Below, piece by piece: positions 57,558-64,000 of a stretch of 64,000 nt of DNA. The stretch is from an uncultured delta proteobacterium. GTDB taxonomy: Bacteria; Myxococcota; Myxococcia; Myxococcales; 40CM-4-68-19. The notes under the pieces are model-generated. The model was not told the DNA's origin. It worked only from the letters and a program-made list of their open reading frames with translations, and searched no databases. Each line of letters starts with the position of its first letter. The first letter of the stretch is position 1. Made by a program: the position numbers and the translations under genes. The stretch lies in the NCBI GenBank assembly GCA_903911145.1, contig CAIWCD010000013.1:248001-312000 (forward strand). The letters are read 5' to 3'.

Positions 57558-58616
57558 TCACGAATCGCCCTTCTCGTGCGGCGCGCCGGTGGGGTCTGGC
57601 ATTGGCAACGCTTCGATGACGGGCTCCTCGGCGATCGGGAGCGCTTCGATGATGTGCTCGGGAGTGCTTGGCTGAACAGCGATCGGAGGGGGGCGCAGCT
57701 CCCATGCCTGTACGGTGCGGCGCGGCTGGGTTGGCGCGCGCGGTGCCGGCTCGGGAGGAAGTTCAATCAAGCCCTCGGCATCGGCGGCAAGAGCGGCGAA
57801 GGCGCCTTGCCTGGCGAGTTCGAGCCAGGCAAACGCGACGGCCGAGACGATCGAGAGCGCGAGACGCGGTGCGATGGAGAGGAACTGCGCCTCGAACGTC
57901 AGCGGTGCATCGGCGAGGACGGGGCCGAAGAGCGTGCCGAGCGCAGTGGCGATCATCAGTTCGCCGAGGAAGAAGACAGCGGCGATGGCAACGACCCCGC
58001 CGATGCGCTCGCCGAAGAGTTGGGCTGCGCGGATGAATGCGGACGCGCCGTCGTCTCCGAACGCAGCAGAGCGGATGAGCGCAAGATTTCCGAGGAGATC
58101 GATGATGAGTCCGGTCAACAGCGAGCAGGTCAACAGCGCTGCGAGGCTTGCCAGGAGCGGCAGCGAGGGCTTCGCGAACGTGAGAGGCACAGCGAGAAGC
58201 AGCGCGGCCGTCAGGCAGAGCGAGATGAGCAGCGAGAGCGCGGAGGTGATCGCGCTGGCGCCGGCCACGCGCGCAAAGCCCGCGAACGCGAGACGGAAGA
58301 ATGTGCCCGCAGGAGGACGTGCGCCCATCTCGGCATCGACGGCGAGGACAGGAAGTGCACCAGCCCAGAAGCCGGCCGAGAGCGCCCAGGAGATCACCGC
58401 GGCCGCGAAGAGCGCACCCGCGAGCGGCCAACCGAGGCGCTTGATCGCCTCGAGCGCGTGCAGGAGGCCCCGCAGCGACTGCTCTCCGGCGAACGCGCGC
58501 CAGAGCAGGACCGCAGCGAAGAGAACGGGGAGCGAACTGAGAATGCTGCCGGCGAGATCAAGCAGGGCGCGGCCGAACGCGAGTTCCGGATTGCGCGTCG
58601 CCGCGCGCAGTCCCAT
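57558..58616 (-). CDS. Hypothetical polytopic membrane protein with Pro-rich tail
   Basis: About 6 hydrophobic segments; EPVIEALP-type repeats at the C-terminus; start uncertain. Confidence 0.6.
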   Translation of the reverse strand: MGLRAATRNPELAFGRALLDLAGSILSSLPVLFAAVLLWRAFAGEQSLRGLLHALEAIKRLGWPLAGALFAAAVISWALSAGFWAGALPVLAVDAEMGARPPAGTFFRLAFAGFARVAGASAITSALSLLISLCLTAALLLAVPLTFAKPSLPLLASLAALLTCSLLTGLIIDLLGNLALIRSAAFGDDGASAFIRAAQLFGERIGGVVAIAAVFFLGELMIATALGTLFGPVLADAPLTFEAQFLSIAPRLALSIVSAVAFAWLELARQGAFAALAADAEGLIELPPEPAPRAPTQPRRTVQAWELRPPPIAVQPSTPEHIIEALPIAEEPVIEALPMPDPTGAPHEKGDS

Positions 58617-58745
58617 CCGGATCGCCTGGCCTGTGCGCAGCAAGAGTCCTCCGTCAGCGGCGCGGCCACACGATGCGGCCAATCGAACGCGGGCTGCCTT
58701 ATCCTTCGCGCGAGCCCGCCTGTCGATGGGATATTCTCCCGCGCA

Positions 58746-59900
58746 ATGAGCGACTCGACTCGTGTGATTCCTCCCGGCGCAACGCTCGGCATCCTCGGCG
58801 GGGGCCAACTCGGCCGCATGGTGGCGCTCTCGGCACGTTCGCTCGGATACCAGGTGCGCGTGCTCGATCCCGATCCCGGCTGCGCCGCGCGCCCCGTCGT
58901 CGAGCACGTCCTCGCGGCCTCATTTGACGACGCTTCGGCCTATGCCGAGCTTGCCCGCCACTGCGATGTCGTGACGCTCGAGATCGAGAAGCTCAGCCTC
59001 GCCGGACTAAAAGCGGCCGCACGATTCTGCCCTGTGCGACCGGGGTGGGAACTGCTGCAGATCATCCAGGACAAGGGCCTGCAGAAGCAGTGGCTCTCGG
59101 AGCACGGATTTCCCGTGGGAACGTTCCGGACCGCACAGAGCGCGGTCGAGCTGCGCACGGCGCTCGATGCTTTGAACACCAACTGTTTCATCAAGTCGTG
59201 CAAGGGCGGTTACGACGGTCGCGGCCAATTCGAGAGTTCCAGCGCGGCACAAGCGGACGAGGCCTGGAGCGCGCTCGGCGAGCAGCCCGTGGTGATCGAG
59301 CAGGCGCTCACACTCGAGGCAGAACTGAGCATCATGGTCGCCCGCAGTCCGAGTGGACAGGTCGCGATCTATCCGCCGGCACTCAATCACCACAAGTCGC
59401 GCGTGCTCGAGTGGTCGCTCCTGCCGGGCCCGTTGGATCCGGAGATCGCGCGGCGCGCAGAGGAGATCGGTCGCAGTCTCGCGGAGCAGCTTTCGCTCGA
59501 GGGCCTGCTCGCGGTGGAGCTCTTCCTCATCGACGGCGCGAACGGTCCCGAGTTGCTCGTCAACGAGATGGCTCCGCGGCCGCACAATACGTTTCATCAC
59601 ACGGAGGTCGCGTGCCCGACGAGCCAGTTCGAGCAGCTCGTGCGCGCGGTGTGCGGATTGCCGCTCGGCAGCTGCGAGGTCCTGCGGCCAGCCGCGATCG
59701 CGAATCTACTCGGCGACGAAGGCGGACCGAATGCGCCGTTCGCTTCCGCGCTCGAAGTTCCGGGGACGCGACTATTCCTTTATGGAAAGCGCGAGGCGCG
59801 GCCGGGGCGGAAGATGGGCCATCTCTCCGCGATTGGCGCGACGCCGCAAGAAGCGCTCGCGCGCGTGCAGGAAGCGAAGGCTCGACTCTCGCGAGGATAA
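58746..59900 (+). CDS. purK: N5-carboxyaminoimidazole ribonucleotide synthase
   Basis: GILGGGQLGRM, GGYDGRGQ, NEMAPRPHN, SQFEQ, YGK, RKMGH. Confidence 0.95.
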   Translation: MSDSTRVIPPGATLGILGGGQLGRMVALSARSLGYQVRVLDPDPGCAARPVVEHVLAASFDDASAYAELARHCDVVTLEIEKLSLAGLKAAARFCPVRPGWELLQIIQDKGLQKQWLSEHGFPVGTFRTAQSAVELRTALDALNTNCFIKSCKGGYDGRGQFESSSAAQADEAWSALGEQPVVIEQALTLEAELSIMVARSPSGQVAIYPPALNHHKSRVLEWSLLPGPLDPEIARRAEEIGRSLAEQLSLEGLLAVELFLIDGANGPELLVNEMAPRPHNTFHHTEVACPTSQFEQLVRAVCGLPLGSCEVLRPAAIANLLGDEGGPNAPFASALEVPGTRLFLYGKREARPGRKMGHLSAIGATPQEALARVQEAKARLSRG

Positions 59901-59940
59901 GACGGCAATCGCCGCGATATCCTGCAGGAGGACAGTCCCG

Positions 59941-61884
59941 TTACGCTTCCTTGACCGCGGCGAGGATCTCGTCGACCACAGCCGGGTCAGCGAGAGTCGA
60001 GGTATCGCCGAGATCGCTGGTCTCTCCTGCGGCGGCCTTGCGCAGGATGCGGCGCATGACCTTTCCCGAGCGCGTCTTCGGCAGTCCGGAAACAAGCGCG
60101 ATTCGATCGGGTGAGGCAAACGGACCGATGCTCTTGCGAACTTCCTCGCGGAGAGCAGCAATAAACTCCGCGCGAGGGAGCCGGTTCACGCCCGGCTTCA
60201 CCACCACGAATGCGCAGATACCCGTCCCTTTTAATCCGTGCGGATATCCAACCACCGCGCTCTCGGCGACTGCCGGATCTCCTGCGAGCGCCGATTCAAG
60301 TTCCGCAGTGCCGATGCGGTGCCCGCTGACGTTCAGGACGTCATCGACGCGGCCGGTGATCCAATAGTAGCCGTCCGCGTCGCGCGTGCAGCCATCGCCG
60401 GTGAAATAGTTGCCCGGATACTTCGCGAAATAGGTCTCGCGAAACCGCTGGTGGTCACCCCACACGGTGCGGGCCTGGCCTGGCCAGGAGCCATGCAGCG
60501 CGAGATTTCCCGAGGAGGGATTGCCGTGCAGTCGATGCCCTTCCTCTGAAAGCAGCAGCGGCTCGACACCAAAGAACGGCAACGTCGCAGAGCCGGGCTT
60601 CATCGGAGTAATGCCCGGCAATGGAGTAATCAGCACCCCGCCCGTCTCCGTCTGCCACCAGGTATCGACGATATCGCAGCGGCCCTCGCCGACGACGTCG
60701 TGATACCAGGTCCAGGTATCGGGATCGATCGGCTCACCGACGCTCCCGAGCAGGCGCAGCGTGGCCCGCGAGCTCTTCTGGACGAACTGGTCCCCTGCGC
60801 GACGCAACGTGCGCAGCGCGGTCGGGGCCGTATAGAGGATATTCGCGCGGGTCTCGTCGACGACCTGCCAGATGCGGCCTGCGTCGGGATAGTTCGGGAC
60901 CCCTTCATACATAACCGTCGTGCAGCCCAATGCCAGCGGCCCATAGACGATATAACTATGTCCGGTCACCCAGCCGACGTCCGCGGTGCAGAAGTGGATA
61001 TCATCGGCGCGCGGATCGAAGACATAAGCGAACGTCGTCGCTGCATAGACGAGATATCCGCCGGTGGTATGCAGCACGCCCTTCGGTTTCCCCGTCGAGC
61101 CCGACGTATAGAGAATGAAGAGCGGGTCTTCCGCGTCCATCCAGACCGCAGGGAGATAAGGCCGCTGGCGGGCCATCTCGACATCGAGCGGGAGATCGCG
61201 CCCTTCCTTCATCGGCACGTCGGCGCCTGTGCGGCGTGCAACGAAGACGCGGCGAATCTGCGGAAGATTGATTAACGCCTTATCGACGATCTGCTTGAGC
61301 GGAACCGTCTTCGCGCCGCGCGGAGCCTCGTCGGCGGTAATCAACAACTCGCAGTTGGCGTCGATAATCCGGTCGCGAAGCGCCTCGGCGGAGAAGCCGG
61401 CGAAGACCACCGAGTGGACCGCGCCAATCCGCGCGCAGGCGAGCATCGCAAAGGCCGCCTCGGGAATCATCGGCAGATAGATGCAGACGCGATCTCCTCT
61501 TCGCACCCCGTTGGCACGCAGCGCGTTCGCGAGGCGCGATACTTCGTGCAGCAACTCGAGAAATGAAATGACGCGACGTTCTCCCGGAGTATTGCCGACC
61601 CAGACGATCGCGGGCTTATCCGGCGTCAGCGCGGCGTGTCGATCGATGCAGTTATAGCTGGCGTTGAGTTGCCCACCGTCGTACCAGGCGATCTCTGCCT
61701 CGCGCGCGTCGATCGTCGTGCGATTCACCGATCGGAAGGGATGAAACCAATCGATGCGCTTGGCCTCCTCTGCCCAGAACGTCGCTGGCGATTCAATGCT
61801 CTGCTGCCATAATGCCTGATACTCTTCGAATGAAGCGATGCGCGTGTGCTTTCCGTGCGGCTCAACTCGAATGGGCGTCGTCAT
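59941..61884 (-). CDS. acs: Acetate--CoA ligase
   Basis: [47 protein letters not shown]. Confidence 0.96.
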   Translation of the reverse strand: MTTPIRVEPHGKHTRIASFEEYQALWQQSIESPATFWAEEAKRIDWFHPFRSVNRTTIDAREAEIAWYDGGQLNASYNCIDRHAALTPDKPAIVWVGNTPGERRVISFLELLHEVSRLANALRANGVRRGDRVCIYLPMIPEAAFAMLACARIGAVHSVVFAGFSAEALRDRIIDANCELLITADEAPRGAKTVPLKQIVDKALINLPQIRRVFVARRTGADVPMKEGRDLPLDVEMARQRPYLPAVWMDAEDPLFILYTSGSTGKPKGVLHTTGGYLVYAATTFAYVFDPRADDIHFCTADVGWVTGHSYIVYGPLALGCTTVMYEGVPNYPDAGRIWQVVDETRANILYTAPTALRTLRRAGDQFVQKSSRATLRLLGSVGEPIDPDTWTWYHDVVGEGRCDIVDTWWQTETGGVLITPLPGITPMKPGSATLPFFGVEPLLLSEEGHRLHGNPSSGNLALHGSWPGQARTVWGDHQRFRETYFAKYPGNYFTGDGCTRDADGYYWITGRVDDVLNVSGHRIGTAELESALAGDPAVAESAVVGYPHGLKGTGICAFVVVKPGVNRLPRAEFIAALREEVRKSIGPFASPDRIALVSGLPKTRSGKVMRRILRKAAAGETSDLGDTSTLADPAVVDEILAAVKEA

Positions 61885-61890
61885 GCTTGA

Positions 61891-63192
61891 TTAACCTCGG
61901 CCTGCTTCAATGACCCGCGTCTCGGGTCCTTTGGCTGCTGCGAGAACCATCTCTTCAATTCGGGCCAGCGCCTGATCGAGGCTTGGGCGCGCGGGACCGA
62001 ACGAGAAGCGCACGTAGCTGCGAAAGCGCGACGCCCGCTTGGCGCGACGCTTTCCGGGATTCACGTCGAAGAATTCGCCGGGCACGCAGATCACCTTTCG
62101 CTCAAGCGCAGCGCGGAAGAATTGCATTCCGTCATTCAGCGGCGGCGGCAGGTGGCTCAGGTTTCCCCAGACGTAGAAGGTCCCGTCGGGCGCGCGGTCG
62201 GCGCGGATGCCGATGCGCTCGAGCGCGTCGAGCGTGCGCTGGCGCTTCTCGCGAAACACCGTGTGCGTCGCGTGCGTCTCGGCGACGACATAAGCATCTT
62301 CGAGCAGCGGAATCGCCGCGCGCTGGAGAGGCCGGCTCCCGCCGCCGTCGAGGAAGCTGCCCGCGGAGGCAACCGCGTCAATCACCTGCCTCGGTCCGAC
62401 CGTCCACGAGCAGCGCCAACCGGGATATCGCCAATTCTTGGTCAGCCCGTCGAAGATCACGATCGGGTCTTTATTCACGTCCTCGACATATCGCGCTGCG
62501 CTCTCGACCGGTAACTGGCCCGGGCGCGCGCTCCAGATGTAATGCGAATAGAACTCATCGACGAGGAGCGAGCATTCCAATTCGCGCGCGGCGTGAACCC
62601 ATCGCGCCATCTCCTCGCCTTGCACGAGCTTGCCCGTCGGGTTGCAAGGGTTCGACATCAATAGGGCCGATAGTCCGCGCCCCTGGATTTCCCGGCGGAG
62701 ATCTTCGGACGAGAAGGCATATCCACGCTCACCGTCGAGCGCGATGGGAATGGCCGTGAACGCCTTGAAGACGTCCAATAGTTCCTCATATGCGGTGTAA
62801 TCGGGGAGGAAATGGCCGAGGTTGATCTGGCCGAGCGCCGCAGCCGCGCGGGTCAGTGCAGAGCGACCGCCGCCGCAGATCGAGACGTTCTCCGCCGAAT
62901 ATTGCGAGGGCAATCCCTTGCGATAGAGCCGATTGTAATGGCTCGCCACCGCCTCGCGCAGCTCCCAGATGCCCGGCACGGGCGCATACTCCTGGTCGTC
63001 CACGTCGACGGTGACGTGCTTTGTGCGCGCAGGCGCGCCGGGAAGATCGCCCGCCTCGGGCATGCCCTGACCGAGGTTGCTCCACGAGGGATCAGACGGC
63101 TTGTAGCCGCGGCGCGTCGCCTCCGTGGTGCAATAGATGACGCCGGTGCGCGGCACTTGTCGAAACGCGGGAATCGGCTGCAGCTCGTCCAT
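61891..63192 (-). CDS. PLP-dependent aminotransferase class I/II
   Basis: NLGQG, SNPCNPTG, DEFY, DGLTKNWRYPGWR, VRFSFG. Confidence 0.9.
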   Translation of the reverse strand: MDELQPIPAFRQVPRTGVIYCTTEATRRGYKPSDPSWSNLGQGMPEAGDLPGAPARTKHVTVDVDDQEYAPVPGIWELREAVASHYNRLYRKGLPSQYSAENVSICGGGRSALTRAAAALGQINLGHFLPDYTAYEELLDVFKAFTAIPIALDGERGYAFSSEDLRREIQGRGLSALLMSNPCNPTGKLVQGEEMARWVHAARELECSLLVDEFYSHYIWSARPGQLPVESAARYVEDVNKDPIVIFDGLTKNWRYPGWRCSWTVGPRQVIDAVASAGSFLDGGGSRPLQRAAIPLLEDAYVVAETHATHTVFREKRQRTLDALERIGIRADRAPDGTFYVWGNLSHLPPPLNDGMQFFRAALERKVICVPGEFFDVNPGKRRAKRASRFRSYVRFSFGPARPSLDQALARIEEMVLAAAKGPETRVIEAGRG

Positions 63193-63313
63193 CGGGCGAC
63201 GATATCAAACATCCAGCGCAGGCGACGCGGGATAGCGAGGGGGTCGCGACTGTCGGTCGCGCTGACAACGTTCGGTGCTGGCGCGTTTGCACTCCGTTGC
63301 GCACAATGCAGCC

Positions 63314-64000
63314 ATGTCCGCGATGACCTCCACGCCCTTCACGCCGAACACCACCTCGGTCGAGAGCAGGGGCGCACTTCTCCTGCAATGGTCGAGAGCG
63401 CGGGCAGACCGGGTGAAGCTGCCCGTGCTCTCGGCCTTCTTTGTCGCGACCCTGACGCTGCTCTCGATGGCCGGCTATCCGCGCGCGCGCATCGAGGCGC
63501 TCGCCGTCGTCTTCGGCATCTCCCTCATGGTCCAGGTCGCCCAGCTCGTCTGCATGCGAACGCGGATGGCGCCGCAGATGGCCTATGTCGACCACTTCTG
63601 GCACTTCGGCTTTCTCACCATCACACTCGCGCTGACGGGTGGCCTGCGCAGCCCGATGATCGTCGCGTTCCTCACGCCACTGATCGGCTCGCTGGTGATT
63701 TTCCGCCGTCCCCGCCCGACGCGCTTGATGGCGGGCCTGATGGCGGTCAGTTCGGTGGCGATGCTCCTCTTGCCGCAGGAGTGGTGGGGTCCGCCGATTC
63801 CGCAGCCGTACGCGACCTACCTGACGTTCAGCAACGTGGCCGTCTCGCTGGTGATCCTCTGGACGACGATGGCCACGCTGCTCAAGGCCTTTCGCGAGAA
63901 CTGGGTCGCGCTACTGCGCGCTCGCGAGGAGACGCTCGAGCAGGCGCAGGCGCGCGCGAAGGGTCTCGAGCAGGTCGGCAGCAAGGTGGCGCATGAGCTG
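63314..64000 (+). CDS. Membrane sensor histidine kinase, N-terminal part (truncated at window end)
   Basis: Manual translation: multiple TM segments (TGGLRSP motif), coiled coil, ends at H-box VGSKVAHEL. Confidence 0.8.
   Translation, partial: MSAMTSTPFTPNTTSVESRGALLLQWSRARADRVKLPVLSAFFVATLTLLSMAGYPRARIEALAVVFGISLMVQVAQLVCMRTRMAPQMAYVDHFWHFGFLTITLALTGGLRSPMIVAFLTPLIGSLVIFRRPRPTRLMAGLMAVSSVAMLLLPQEWWGPPIPQPYATYLTFSNVAVSLVILWTTMATLLKAFRENWVALLRAREETLEQAQARAKGLEQVGSKVAHEL

Overview
High-GC, gene-dense chromosomal segment that looks like Myxococcota (Anaeromyxobacter/Myxococcus-like). That assignment rests on a TIGR02266-type PilZ protein, a myxosortase-like CPBP protease, an orphan GroEL2-type chaperonin, a lid-less Hsp70 paralog, many Cys-rich lipoproteins and a Myxococcus-type LexA box. 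About 57 CDSs are supportable. Most are housekeeping or metabolic: groEL, scoAB plus thiolase, ttcA, mnmA, rlmD-like, uvrD/pcrA, xdhC-mocA, tatA, slt, rnd, purK, acs, two ABC1/UbiB kinases and a sigma54 two-component system. These are mixed with uncharacterised envelope lipoproteins. I saw no rRNA, tRNA, CRISPR array, integrase or transposase. Best candidates for undescribed biology: (1) a four-gene envelope redox module (mono-heme c lipoprotein, 4-His membrane protein, YceI, di-heme c lipoprotein; 22.9-25.2 kb); (2) a 19-codon ORF with a perfect SD, an RR/hydrophobic/AxA pattern and its own terminator just upstream of tatA; (3) an antitoxin-less coiled-coil protein with a C-terminal RelE-like domain; (4) a sigma54 TCS with a perfect 24-bp palindrome and -24/-12 box in front of a 75-aa protein; (5) a degenerate HEPN-PilZ-RlmD-CoxE cluster; (6) a dispersed REP-like element at gene ends; (7) apparently frequent leaderless genes. 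All functional calls come from recognising motifs by eye; no database searches were run, and several start codons are estimates.
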